The notes: generated from the letters alone by a model not told the origin. A DNA stretch of 62,252 bases, filler included, from Rhabdomonas costata (GCA_019059605.1; 32 parts of 32 records of this genome joined end to end with filler, not necessarily neighbours in it); one strand, 5' to 3'. Positions 9,628-23,155 are shown, numbered from the whole stretch's first letter. Translations and numbers: made by a program.

Positions 9628-12600
9628 NNNNNNNNNNNNNNNNNNNNNNNNNNNNNNNNNNNNNNNNNNNNTTAATTAATTAANNNNNNNNNNNNNNNNN
9701 NNNNNNNNNNNNNNNNNNNNNNNNNNNGGGGGTGTGGGGGTGTGAAAAATCACCTCTTGTGGGAGAATCTGAAGGAGTTTCAGTGGAGATATAACCTTCC
9801 TGACAATGCTGACCCCTTTTTAGTGCTACTGGACTGTGTGCGACGTGGCCACTTCCCCTCTTAATGCTCTTCCCGAAGGTAGGTACATTAGTGCAGTTAT
9901 GCCAAACAAATATATAAACGGAATTCTTGATTTTTCGACTGTTTTATGCTCCCCAATGGAAAAACTACCCGTGTGAGTACCACGCGCCACACAGCTTGCA
10001 TGCGCGTGGTAGCATTCCAGATGGGTTCGAAAGCGCGAGCAACACAAAACAAGACCTTTCTTTCATACGGGTGCGAACGAAAATGGCAGGGGGAGCGGCG
10101 GGATCGTAAAAACGACAAGTACGGGAGGTTCCCAGAGGGGCCTCGGTCGGAGTGTGTGGGCGTTTATGGGAGTGGACTCCGTTGTAGTTGCTGCTGTTGT
10201 CTTGGTTCACCAGTGTCTTCCTTCATTGACTGCTTGAAAGTTTTGTTATTGTTCCTCCCTTCAAACTGTACTGTTTTCCCGCACTCACGTTCTCTTCTCT
10301 TTGCATCTGTGCGGCTGTTGTGTGCGCCGGACTTTGAACACTGGACTTGTTGTGTTCATGGACAAATATTACACCGTCAAGTTCGTTATTAAGTGATCGT
10401 AAAAATTGTCCTGCTGAAGTCGATGGCAATTATATAGGGTCCGCGGGGACGTGGTTTAAAAGGGCATACGTTCCTCTGTGTTTCGAGGTTTAACTATCCT
10501 TGCCATACAAAAGGGCACAAGCGGGTCACGGTACACCATTCGGAGCATGCAGCCAATCTAGAGCACTGTGCGTCACATGATCGCTTACTACATTTTTAGG
10601 TAAGGTTAGAAAAAACGACCACCCACAAAATCCGGACTCTCAGGGAAAGGGTGGTGGATCCACAATGCCCCCCCCCCGAACGTTGTATCACCCACACAAG
10701 AAATGCTCAAATAGTCTTCGCTTGGCACGTTTTTCAACAGGTGTGGATTTAGGAAGAAGAAACGCCAAGGCTGCAGCAACAAACAGTCCATTGTCCAAGA
10801 GCCCGCACATAGCACTTGCGGCAAACCTGCAAAGAGAGAGTAGGAGAAGAAGGACGTTAAGAAATTGCGGTTTGGCACCCCTTTCGTGCGGGCGTTCCAT
10901 TCATAAGGTCGTGGTTCCTGTAGCAAAAAAAAAGTGGAAAGAAACTAAGACTGGATGTGAGGGGAGCGGTTGCATATGAGAGAAGAGATGGATAATGTGG
11001 GTGCACATGACATTGAATCCGAAGAGGAAGACGGAATGCCAAACACACAACTGCTGAGGCGGGGAGAGAACGGGAGATATCACGGCACGTCAGCCATGGT
11101 GGACCATGTTGACGTTTGAGTTTTTTGAGTAAGTATGCGCTGGGATCATTTAGCAAGGCACTTGCTGGGTCCCCTCACTGGGGCCCACCGCCCATACTCA
11201 GGCGTCTTCTCCATCAGCCCACACTTGCCGCCGCTGCTCTCTCTGCGCTGAGCCCGGCGGGATAATTCCTGGTCCCGAGCACTCTGGAGGAGGCCCCCCG
11301 TTCGATTCTTTCCGCAAACTCTGCTGCCAAACATGTACGAATGCGGACCTGATCCAGGAAGGATCGTCTTCTACTGCGCCCTCGGCCCGCTAGACTGCAG
11401 GCCTGATCAGTCGCCTTCCTCCAGAAAACCTCTCTCCAGTTGCCGAGCGACACTGTATACACCAACTCTTCTGAGAGTATACCACTACTCATGGGCAGCG
11501 TCGGCAAAGGGATCGTTTCGTTTGCCCCGAGCTTCACAACATGCCCGAAAATGTCTTTTTCCGCTGGACCCCACAACNNNNNNNNNNNNNNNNNNNNNNN
11601 NNNNNNNNNNNNNNNNNNNNNTTAATTAATTAANNNNNNNNNNNNNNNNNNNNNNNNNNNNNNNNNNNNNNNNNNNNGGCAGACGTCTGGGTTCAGGATG
11701 CTGTGGCGGGCCTGCTTGTCTGGATGTGGCTCAGAGGAGGCTGATGTTTTAGATCGTGCTGTCTGTGCTCCTGTGGTGCCGTTGATTTGTTTCTGTCACA
11801 GAGACGTTTGAAAAGCGGCACGGTGGACGAAAGCTGCTTAGTAGACATCTATATCATGCTTGTTTCCTACTGTACCTCTGCATAAACCTACTTTCTGGTG
11901 AAAGCAGTCAGACCACATGGACTGCCAGCCATAACGATTCCGCCGCCGTGACTCCAGCACGCTTCAGCGGATGGCCCTGTTGTCTAACTTCAAGGGCTCT
12001 GTGACGTTTGCGTGGCCCTCATCCACCGCCTTGACCGACTTCTCAAATTGTTCTGTGTCCTGGTAGGTATTCCGGCTTTATTGCCCATCAACAGAGCAAA
12101 AATGGTCCCACTTCCCAGCTTTGGGAAGTTTATATATAACCTCTTACCACCTGGAAGCCACATCCCTGACATCCTCCTGGAGCAAGTGGCCACGTGACTG
12201 GCATGGATCACGCTGATCACCAATGTCTCCTCCATCGTCCATCTTTCCAGCGGCCCATCTTTGTTGTATCGGAAGTTTACAACCTTTCGGCAGCCACTAA
12301 CCTCAGCTAAGTCATATCCTGGCAAGCAAGTGAATCAACCAATCAAAGCGCAGATTCCGCAACAGGGCAACGCGGGGTACATAAACTGGCAAATCGCGCT
12401 GACAGTAAATGAGGCCATCCTGTATTTCAAACGGCTGACATGAGCCTTCACGTGCTGCGAGACGTGCTTCGACAGTCTCCTCCACTGCATCCTACTGGCC
12501 ATGTCGCGCAGAGCATTGATGGTATATATGGTCCCTCGTGTCCTTCGAAAGATGTCAACTACTGGATGTAACTCGTTATCGCCGTTTAACTTCCACAGTC

Positions 12601-13648
12601 TGTTATTATTGGAGGTCCTCTTCCACCAAATGAATTAGTCTGCTAAACTGTTGGCAGAGCTGGCATTATGCGAGCGCCTGTAGAGATTGGCGGCGCACAG
12701 CACAGCAGCAGTAATGGAGTAAACACAGCACCTCCAACAGATTTAGCTCAACCCATGACTCGCAAGCATTCTTTTCCACATCTATGAGGCCACTCCCAAA
12801 CCTGGTTGCGTCGCGGTGATGTAGTGCTGCGCTTCTCTTCCCACCAAAACCACCACCACTAGTCACACATCATTTTGAACCACGTTCACTAACTCTCTTG
12901 TGCAAACCACCATTCTATGGTTTGGTAAGACAAAAGCAACCACCAATAATCAGTTACCTTGTTATTTTTCATGTTTACCGATTTCTCCTCCAACGATTTT
13001 GTGATCAATTAATCACAAATGTTAAATCGTCCCCTTTGAAGCCCAAATTTATTTAGCTCGTTTTCTTTGCAATTGCAAGTGATGTAACGCAACCTCAGTC
13101 AAACTCAACAAGTTAGACAAGCAAATTGTTCCACATGTTTGGTCACAACCCACAAGAAGTTGTGGCTAACGGTCTCAGAAGGACACTGCGGTTGTTCCAA
13201 AAACAACAACCATCCGTAAAACTCATTCGCACATTCATACGCCACGTTTTATTCATGATGCACACAAATTCAGCATAAAGCAGTGCAAAACAATCTGCAA
13301 TATCAGGAGTGTTATCCGCACAGCTGTTGCCACACTTGAAATTTCAGGCACATGAGCCAGTTTGTGGAAGCCCAGTGAAGACCTCCAGGTTGATCACCGC
13401 AAGCATTGTGTTGTGGAATGTCATGGCAAGCAATCTGGACATTTTATTACCAAATAACGTTTCCTGTGCTTATCCGTTGACATTGGCGTGAAACTTGCTG
13501 GAACCACATCCTTACTCCCCACACCACNNNNNNNNNNNNNNNNNNNNNNNNNNNNNNNNNNNNNNNNNNNNTTAATTAATTAANNNNNNNNNNNNNNNNN
13601 NNNNNNNNNNNNNNNNNNNNNNNNNNNGGGTTGTGTGTAGGGCGCGAC

Positions 13649-15477
13649 CTGTCGGTTGGGGGGCAGAGCACGACGAAGGTGCTGGTACAGGGAGGCCTTG
13701 AACTGGCGCACCGTGGAGGGTTGTCTTGTGGAAATCACCACGGCGGGGCAGAGCCGGCCCCCTGCCTTCCGGGCAGAAGTTATGGAGGCCTCTTGAGCTT
13801 CTGCGGAAAAGGACAAGACCAGGCGGAGCTGCTGCCTGAACAGGAACAGAGAAGCTCCTCGCATCGAAAGACCTTCCTTGGAAAAGTGTGTGGCTGGATC
13901 TTCGGGGTGTTCAGGCAACCAAGGTATTGATGGCGGCAGGGTGCAGGAATGCACTAGAAACGCACGAGCCAAAACACTGACGAACCCACTCCAATCCTCA
14001 GGTATAACGTGGGTATTGGGCAAGATGATACCAGCATCCCGAGACAGGGGAAGGAGTTTGTCTTGCTTGGTAGGCACCGCCTTCAATTATAACACTGGTG
14101 ACCCACCACGAAGACCGCTCCCCATTAATGGCCTGTATGACAGCAGTTCGGGGAGCAAAGTGAAGCAATACAGGAGGGGAGGGGCTCACGGCTTGAACAC
14201 TTGCCACACACCTGGGACTTTGGATGGGAAGGGGGTGAGGGGCCGAGAGTCAACTGGAATGGTGTCGGAAGGTGCATGACGGTGTCCCGAACACTCACCC
14301 CTCCTTTACTCCCCACACCGGCAACACTGGGACTCGGCTAACCAGGGCTCACCGCATACCCTCCGCTTCAGCAGTAGTGCTTACCAGCCGGGATTTCAGC
14401 CCCAGCTCACGCAGCTCTCGAACCAGCTGCGAGGCACGGGTGTGCACCGCCTGCCCCTCGGTCTCGTCAGCCTTTGTGAGGGCCACCACGGTGGGAATTT
14501 TGTGCTCCAAAATCAACGCGACGGCCTCCTGAACGTACACAAGTGAGCCCATTGCACCAGTTCACAATTTGCAGCATGACCTCTGATCATCCGCCACATT
14601 TCACATAGCACAGATAGATGCATTGCGCGAAACCCGACACCACTGGAAAGCTGCAGAGCTGCAGGAACCCCAGGATCACCGCATATCTGCCGATGGTGTG
14701 GGTGCATATCCACCGTCTCGATGACGTTCACATCCAACGTCCAGACACTTAGCTGAAGCAAGTTACATCCCGAAACTCAGTTTGGTATGTTAAGAGTTTT
14801 TCACTGAAGTCCAGGGGACGCTTCAAAAAATGCCGAGGGGTTTCGACAGGTGCGTTTTCCCATTCGCCCTCACTGAATTCCTTTAGCTTACACAATGTGT
14901 CCTCAAAGGCCGCTTCGCAAGAACAGTGACTGGCGTGAAGCGGAGCTACCTTGGTCTGTTCCTGCACGCCCTCCCCCAATGAGACCACCAGCACAGCCGC
15001 GTCAGCCACCACCGCAACGTTTTCCCGCATCTGAGCAAATGGGGGTTGCCCAGGGCAATCTAAGGCCACGGCATAGCGCTCCATATTCCTGTCCACCCGC
15101 GCGGACTCGGAAGGGAGGTCCGCAAACCCAACCTTGAACGCCGCCATCGTCTGATTTGGTACCAGGGCAGCATCCGCCACAAGGGCATCCTCAAGTCCTG
15201 CCTCGCCCGTCTCCAGATCCGCTCCCAGGCCATGACTCAGCCGCATTGCGTCCAGCAGGGCTGTCTTGCCGTGCCCGGAATGTCCGAAAAGGGCAACAAC
15301 GGGAGGGACGGAGAGGCTCTGCTCATCTTCCGGGCGCCAGAGGACATCCATTTCCACGTACTCGATCTTCGCCTCTGGGGCGAGACGAAGGATGAGGTCC
15401 TTCGCAGTGGCAAAGGGGATGACGATCTTGGTGTGCTTCTCTCGGTGCTTCACAAAGGTGAGGCCATACAACCCCAC
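13649..15477 (-). CDS. Divergent (probably mitochondrial) translation initiation factor IF2-like GTPase, partial; exons 15477-14950, 14528-14360, 13800-13649
   Basis: PPVVALFGHSGHGKTALLDAMR, DCPGQPPFAQMR, ADAAVLVVSLGEGVQEQTKEAV, IPTVVALTKAD, GGRLCPAVVIST follow the IF2 G-domain layout. Splice phases are consistent. Confidence 0.8.
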
Positions 15478-16312
15478 NNNNNNNNNNNNNNNNNNNNNNN
15501 NNNNNNNNNNNNNNNNNNNNNTTAATTAATTAANNNNNNNNNNNNNNNNNNNNNNNNNNNNNNNNNNNNNNNNNNNNGGGGGGGTGTGGAGGGTATTACA
15601 GCCACCCAGGCAGTCGAGAGGTAGTCGAGGGCAGGCTTGCCGAAGGAAGCGGGCTTGCTCCCTTCACCCATGACCCCATTGCTCTTGTGCCTCGTCATTT
15701 TACCGCACCAACGGAAAAGATGCGCATCATAACTTTCCCATTATTCCTTCCCACGGGCCGCCGGAGGACTGTGGCTATACACAGCCCCGCACACAGAAAC
15801 AAATTCGCTGGGAACAAAGTGAGCCGCCCACTGGGAGCACTGCTGGTGCGCCAAAATAATACGAATTCCACATTCTGACAAGAAAAAACGGCTAAAGGTG
15901 ACCCCTCGCAAGGTTTAAAAGTCTCGGCCTGAAAAAGCCTCTGGAGAGGCAGCAGCCAAAAAAATAGAATTGCTGGCTCACGGGTCTTTTTCGGTATACT
16001 GAGCCTGGGAAACACTTAAGGCTCCGATCTTGGGCTAGAAAGCAAGAAAAATAGTTTTTGTCGACGGCTATCAACAGCCAGAACTTTGCCACTTTCATTA
16101 GAGTTCTTCCATATTCCTCCATCTCAGAAAGCGGGCTCTGACGTACCAGTCGAGCTTGAGCAATGACACTCCGGTCAGGTCCGGTTCGATCCCCGCCACC
16201 CCCGACTATTAGCGCAAACTCCAGAGGCGGGCTGAGATTAAACGAGTACATGGCAATTGCTGAAGAACACCCCAGAAAAATAAGAAAGAGACGCACGATA
16301 ACGCGCACAAAC

Positions 16313-17172
16313 CAGTGGTGGTCCATCTTCAGGATACAACGGTCGCAAAGGTGGCAGTGGTGCGTACGGGGAGGCTTGTGAGCCTGCAAATCGGCAAAAC
16401 GGAGGCAATCCCCCCCACCGTTCCCCGCAACACTGGTAGCGTATTTTTCAGGAACAGTACACGTGCGGAAACGGATCCCTTGAATCCCTTGAAAAATCTT
16501 TTTCGGAAGTCTGCAGAGCTTAGTCTGAAGCACGTCCGCTGAAGAAACAAATGAAGAGTCCCACCACTGTGCATCCACAATTTAAGTTGGGAGCTGACGG
16601 AAGGTGTTGTGCACATGCAAGCCATCAAAGTGATTTTCTGAGGTTAGGATATCCTGAAATATCTAAGTAACTTTAATTGGAAGTCCAGGGGGTGGCCTTG
16701 AAACCCTGAACCCGTGCAACCACCTGCAGGTAAAGGATGAAGGAACGTAAAAACAGCTACCCTTCCGCCAGTAATTGAAAAATCTACTGCCCCACGCCGC
16801 CTGGCTTCCGCTGAATACGATGGATGGGCACTGTCTGAAAAGGTCAGAATAAAAATATACTCATAATCGTACATAAAAAATCGTGTGGAAAAAGCTCAAC
16901 CTTACAACTTACACAGTAGGTGCTCCACCGGCGGCCTGGCTCGGGGCCGCCGGTCCGAGCCTCTGAGCCCTCTGCGCTGACTTCCGACGCAGGACTCTCT
17001 GAGCCAAAGGATGGTGCGGCAGAGGCAGGGGCGAGGACAGGGGCGCTGAGACTGGAAACGGGCGGCTGGCCTTGGGTGATTCCGGCAGCAAGAGCAGTTT
17101 CGGAGGAATAACCCGGGGAAGTTCTCAATACCATGAAGTAGTGGAAGCACATGTTAAAGGTGACCCAACATC
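16313..17172 (-). CDS. DHHC palmitoyl-acyltransferase, partial; exons 17172-16901 and 16383-16313
   Basis: FNMCFHYFMVLRTSPG...YCVSCK|AHKPPRTHHCHLCDRCILKMDHH(C): canonical DHHC-CRD, with the Cys codon split by an intron (TG|GT). Confidence 0.92.
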
Positions 17173-19144
17173 CTGTAAGAGCAAGGGGGAGCCAAGCATC
17201 AAATCAGAAACGCCAAATTGCCTCTTATTTTTTCTTCCAAGGGCCAACATGCCCGCTTCGCGCGCGTCTGTTCTGGACGGTTGCAACCAACCCACGAATA
17301 CAAATAATTTATGTGTCATTCCTTGAACAGCGTGACACCAATATTAGAGGAATAAGGATAAAGAACAATGCTAAACGGAGCAATGTTGATTAATCGAGCA
17401 ACCACCAAATAGCAAACATTATTCACANNNNNNNNNNNNNNNNNNNNNNNNNNNNNNNNNNNNNNNNNNNNTTAATTAATTAANNNNNNNNNNNNNNNNN
17501 NNNNNNNNNNNNNNNNNNNNNNNNNNNGGGTTTGGGTGGGAGGGGTGCGGTCAAAGTACATACAAGCAGAAGGTGTACCGTGATAATGGTGGCCCGATTC
17601 ACATCAAAAGTGAATGCTTTCCCAATCAATTCAAGCATGACATATATGAAGCAGCAACGCACCAACACACGCCCCATTTCAGTTTCGGTTTGGGTGTGGC
17701 GCCGTCCTGCTGAAACCAGACTTTGGTTTGCCGTGCTCATTGATCTGAGGAAGAGACCAAGAGGTCCCCAGGTAACCCAGGTAACGAGGAAGGGACTCAA
17801 GCTCAGCCCCACCATTCAATTATGGAGAGGCTTTGCCATTCTTGCTCATAATTGGCATTAGAGTTTGCTATCAGGTCATTTACTCCAGAACACCCGGTAA
17901 CCATACGGCCTATTGGGAAAAACTGTGCGTACTAATTTGAACTAAGTTCATCAACTCCATCTAATTTCCAGGGGAATAACCATAACAATGCTGGCACCTA
18001 TAGAAGATTGTTCTTCGCACAAACGCGCGTTTCTGAGGGACCTTGTAGCTCATAGTTTCATCCATGGTCGCAGATAGTGCAGTGTTGGACGCACACACAC
18101 ACAACGCCTCCACTACCACCCACTCACCCACCAAGCCAGCCAGCCAGTGAACCTTCAGCACAAGGCAGCTGCAGCCACAAGGTGCAGAGTGACCCCCACC
18201 ATTCAATAGCATGGCGCAGCGAGAGACAAAGATGAGGTGCTTGGGATCGACGTTCGCACCTCATCACCTCATCATGGATGATGCTGATGATGTCATCTCG
18301 ACAAAGCCCGCAAAGGCACACACACACACACATACACACCAGAGTATCTTCTTCAATGGATTGATAAACAAAGGGTATCAGGCAAGAGAGTTTCAGATCC
18401 CAGAAGCAACTATTGAAAAACGGGATTGCACTTCACAAAAAGGACAGCCTCAGTGGGGAACCCTCTATTTACAAAATGGACAGTGCGGAGGATCACAAAG
18501 TCAACGCCATGCAACGGAAACCACCTGGGCAGTGTGCAATGAGCTGAACATGTCTGGCAGGAGCGAGCAGCAGAGGCACGGCTAGAGGGATCGAGAAAGG
18601 GGCCACGAAGGTGTCATCACATCATCAAAGGTCAAAGTACATGACAAAGCAGCACACTCAAATACCCAACCGGGGCGATGCAAAGGGAAGCGAACATGCC
18701 AAAGGGGAAGCCCTGCACAACCAAAAAACAGGCAACTGAACCAGTTCAAAGGCGCCGGGCCTGTGAGGCTCTGGCTGAAGAAAAAATAAAAGCACGGTCG
18801 TCAGCGAAGAAAATGAGCAACGTCATCGCGCCATCCATTCAGGGATCCTGCCCATGACCTGGGCATAACCTGGTCATGGAAGAAAATCACAGTGAGTTTT
18901 ACAGTACAGGAAACGATGAGAGAGTGCCCAGAGCCGATCGGCTGTACATACGAGGGAATACGGAAGGGGGGGGGAGTACACGGGTGCTTACACACTAATC
19001 CTGCGCCTATATAGTACAACAGCAGGTGGTGAGACCCAAAGTACATACCTTCGCAGCCGGTCAGCACCGCATTGGGCACATGAAGGGGACCAGGACAAAC
19101 ACTACAAAACTCACGGAGGAGCCCACCCAAACCACCACGTGAAC

Positions 19145-19236
19145 CGGGAGCCTGGAGGCGAGTCCTCTTCGGGCTTCTCACAAAGCTCCATCAGTTGCCT
19201 CGCGATCTCGTCTCGCGGTGCGCTTGCGAGGTAGGC
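19145..19236 (-). CDS. Isolated internal exon, unknown protein
   Basis: TTCTCTCTTTGCAG acceptor, AYLASAPRDEIARQLMELCEKPEEDSPPGS, GT donor; coding-like codon usage. Confidence 0.4.
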
Positions 19237-19888
19237 CTGCAAAGAGAGAAGAAAACTAACGGTACGCGTTAATGTAGAGTTATCCCAATCACCCTGGGTC
19301 AACTGTATGAAGCACAAAGAAAGGTTCACCACAACAGGGCAAAATCCTGTCCAAAGTAATACGTGCCCCCCACACACNNNNNNNNNNNNNNNNNNNNNNN
19401 NNNNNNNNNNNNNNNNNNNNNTTAATTAATTAANNNNNNNNNNNNNNNNNNNNNNNNNNNNNNNNNNNNNNNNNNNNTTGTTTGTTGGGCGCATTGCGCG
19501 CTGGCTGTTGGTGACCACTGTGGACTGATTGGCGCACGCCCCCGTGGTACCCGTTGCTGAAGGATATTTCGGTTAGAAGTGTGGAATGGCAAGGAAGGCT
19601 ATATTTGGATAAATCTGGGAAGTTGAGATTTGGGTCTACGTTGTTTTCCTAGGTGGTTACGTGGTAGGGAAAGAAGTGGAAGGTATATGAGCATTTGAGA
19701 AAAGACCGGATATATGGAGTCTTACGCGAGGTGGAGCAGCGAATATACGTGAACAGATCGGATAAGGTAGACGATTTTGGTTGTTCATTCATGTTGATTC
19801 TTGTTGTCCTTTTGTTTCAGCTGATGAAGTGCAGCCAAAAGTGGACTAGGCGACCCATGTTCAGAGGTGATAAAAAGATGATAAATTG

Positions 19889-19915
<27 letters not shown>
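19889..19915. repeat. (GA)n microsatellite
   Basis: About 13 GA units, read directly. Confidence 0.95.
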
Positions 19916-19922
<7 letters not shown>

Positions 19923-20459
19923 AAGAATGGAGTCAGCGAGGAGACAAGACATTTCGAAAGCATGAAAGGATAAATGTGCGAGAGAGGGAGTGAATCAAGA
20001 TACACTGTGGAGTGGAGCTGAGCTATATTGTGAGGCGAGCCGTAAAAGTGATCTGTCGTCGGTCGTCAGAGAGACGCCGTCCGCCCTAGCAGGGGAGTTT
20101 GAAACGGCTCAGGACACGTAGGAGAGTCTTCGAGTGGTTAAAAACATAAAGAACACACTGGTGTTCGTAGTCGTCAATATTCTCAGAGCCGTGTTTGACG
20201 AAGTGAATAGAGTGGTCGAAATACGAGATTTGAGAGGAATGGTTGACAAGCTGAAGATTGGAAATTCAGCGCATGAGTGGAGAAGAGAGGAGAGCGTTGT
20301 TGATCAAGAGCAGAGACAAATTCTGTTGGTGAGATGAGACTTCAGAAAGCTCAAGAGTTGATGAAGCAGCGATGCATTTGGATAAAGCCATTGGAGGAAG
20401 TCACAGGAGATATATGGGAGCAGTTGAATGGAGAGAAAATTGAGGACAAAGAGACCAAG

Positions 20460-20950
20460 AACATGGTGTAATATGGTGTAGGTATGGTGTAGGTGTAGGG
20501 TATGGTGTGTGTTCTGTAAGGTTTGGTGTTGGAGTTGGTCCTGTGGGTGTTGGAGTTTGTGCTGTGGGTGTTGGTGCTGGGGTTTGTGGCTGTAGCGTAG
20601 GGTTGGTGCGTAGGGTGTGTGGGTCAGGTGTTGGGGTTGGGCTAATCGGGTGGAGGGTGTGGTGTGGAGAGTGTGGGGCTGTGTTGTGTTGTTGTTGAGC
20701 TTTGGTGTTGGGTGCTGGTGCTTGGCGGTCCGTGGGGCTGATGGTGGTGTCGTTGGGGTGGATGGTGCGTTGGGTTCATGCGTAGGTGGTGTCAGCGTAT
20801 CATGTGCTTGCGTGGTCTTTGGTGTCGCGTTCGGTCTTCGCTTTGGGTTCGTGTGTCGGGTTCGGCCTTCGTATCTCGGTGTCGCCCTTCTGTCTCCGTC
20901 TCTGTCTCCTTCTCACATACTTGCTGTAGGCTATTCCGTTGTTTGTGGGT
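20460..20950. repeat. G/T-skewed low-complexity tract with short tandem units
   Basis: Repeated (T)ATGGTGTA(G) at 20463-20510 and a ~21-bp unit GTGTTGGAGTTKGTSCTGTGG near 20527-20577; A and C are strongly depleted. Confidence 0.7.
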
Positions 20951-21578
20951 AAGGTGTCCGGGGCTAGGTTTCGTTGTTTCTCTGGTGGACTTCGGCGTGA
21001 TCCTCAGATGCTGCTTTCCATACGTTGTCTCTTTTCCTATATTACCATCCGTCCGTTGAAGCCGTTGAGAGCTGTGTTGAGCAGTGGTCCGAACGAGCTA
21101 TTTCAGGTACGCCTGGCAACACGGGAACATACGGATGAGGCCGCTGGAAACAGTCAAGGCAAGGTCGTGTAGGAACGGTACAGGTTACTCAACTACACGC
21201 AGTACGCTGAAGCTGAGTGACAGAGGGTGAGCCATTGACGTAAACCACAGGTTGGCACACGTCACATGGCCCTCTGTAACAGTCCACACAACACAATCAT
21301 GGTTGTAGGCTAAGGACCAACATAGGNNNNNNNNNNNNNNNNNNNNNNNNNNNNNNNNNNNNNNNNNNNNTTAATTAATTAANNNNNNNNNNNNNNNNNN
21401 NNNNNNNNNNNNNNNNNNNNNNNNNNCAAACCCCACAACCTGAACTCGCAAAAGCTTACGTTTAAGGTGATGTAAAGCTTTCCCTGGCGTACCTGTATTA
21501 TCATACATCCTACCATATCATATCACAGATCACAGATCAATTTGTGATACAGACCCATAAACTTTTTCGCTTGTGCAG

Positions 21579-23079
21579 GGTGTCCTTTTCGACTGGTGCT
21601 GAGGTGCCCAAAGATGCCGGCTCTGCTTCACCACACTCGAGTGCACAGTCGTCCAGTCCCGTAGAGGGAACTGGTGCGGGAGCTGCCCCCGCGATTACCC
21701 TGCCCAAGCCGTTCTACGTGAATACCCCGGAGGAGGTTGCCGCGATGGTAGCCCATCTCAAGGGGTGCGGTGGGGTGGTGGGAATGGACTGCGAGGGGCT
21801 CAGCTTGAGCCGCAACGGGGCCCTGCTGGTGATGCAGCTGGCATCGCGGGACTGGGCGTTTGTGGTGGACGTGCAGACGCTGGGCCGGAAGGCCTTCAGC
21901 GAGGTCAGTGTTTTTTGTGCAGTTTTTTGTGCAGCTCGGCACAGGTGTTGCTCAAAATACTGCAAGAACGTTGACAACCCACTCACATGTGGCTCGACAG
22001 TATGAATGGTTTGTCTGAATTAATGGAATTAATAAAGCGGGTGCGACGCCCAAAGCAACGCTTTACCCCTTTTCTAGCTTTGCGCCTAGGCGAGCGTTGA
22101 CTACGTTTGCTAAGAATGGGGTCGATAGGCAGCACACAAGCTGTTGCCTTAACTTAAAACGGGCGCTGAACTGCACGGCTTGCCCCTTGCGTGCGATGAT
22201 GGGAGCTCAAGCACCATATAATCAGATGCTGCGTTCTCGAAGGAGGCCGAGGTCAGCCCCAGTAAAACCACACGGGAATACCCGCGTTTGAGCTCTCCTT
22301 TGGGATGAGAGCGAGCCCCAGTGTTGGGAATGGGGCGCTAAATTGGCGGTATGTCGATGAATTGATGGTAATCAATTTGAGCGGTTTACCTGTGAGAGAT
22401 GTTTTATTTGCTGCAGGAGTTGGTTGAGCTCCTTCAGGGGGAGCAGCCCACGAAGGTGTTGTTTGACTGTCGCAGCGATGCGGACGCCCTCCAGCACCAG
22501 TTTGGCGTCACCTTGAGGGGAGTGGTGGATCTTCAAGTGGCATACGTCTTGCTTCGCTTCAGGTGAGTGCACGCGTTTGCTTGACTGGGTTGACTTGAGG
22601 GCAGATCCCCAGACAGTTTGTCGGCAAAACCGAGCAATGGCTGCCGCTCCCACCCCCCCCTTCTCCCACCATATCCTCCATTGACTTACCTCCCACCTTT
22701 GTTGAATTGCAATTGCCATCTGTAAAACCCATGCGCATATGTTCGTGCATATCCAGACATGGCATCCAGGAATGGGAAGATAATGCTGGTCGAGAAAGTT
22801 GTGTGCATCGTGAAAACCCGGACAAAGAAGACCTGCCAAAGAAGAGCCTGCGAGTGATGTGCTCGACGTGTACACCCTCAAACAACAATTCTCAGGAAAG
22901 TCATTCCGCCGTACAACGCGAGCTCCGGAGGCACCGGGGGAAACCCGCTGCGGCTTCGCAGCCTGTTCCAACTGATGATGGAATTTGCGCCCTCCCTCTC
23001 CCAGGAGCTCGCTCTGAAGGGTGAGATTGCCGAGGAGATGAAGAAGAACCCTTCTGTGTGGGAGGCCAGGCCGCTTTCG
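21579..23079 (+). CDS. EXD1/egalitarian-like (RNase D, DEDD) 3'-5' exonuclease, partial; exons 21579-21903, 22417-22562, 22896-23079
   Basis: VVGMDCEGLSLSRNGALLVMQLAS...VDV, KVLFDCRSDADALQHQFGVTLRGVVDLQVAY, WEARPLS. GT-AG junctions in phase. Confidence 0.9.
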
Positions 23080-23116
23080 GTACTGGCATTGCTTCGGGAG
23101 CTCTTTCGCCTCCGGA

Positions 23117-23155
23117 TGGTGGTGGTAGTGGTAGTGGTGGTGGTGGTGGTGGTGG
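23117..23155. repeat. (GGT/AGT)n trinucleotide repeat, intronic
   Basis: Read directly; it explains the poly-H/T/P/V ORFs in the track. Confidence 0.9.

Noticed and set aside
11990-12870. Possible very old LINE remnant (LHHRDATRFGSGLIDVE, minus strand)
   Set aside because: One weak motif amid many stops; a family cannot be supported.
16130-16210. tRNA/SINE-like GGTTCGATCCC B-box
   Set aside because: No convincing A-box, acceptor stem or cloverleaf.
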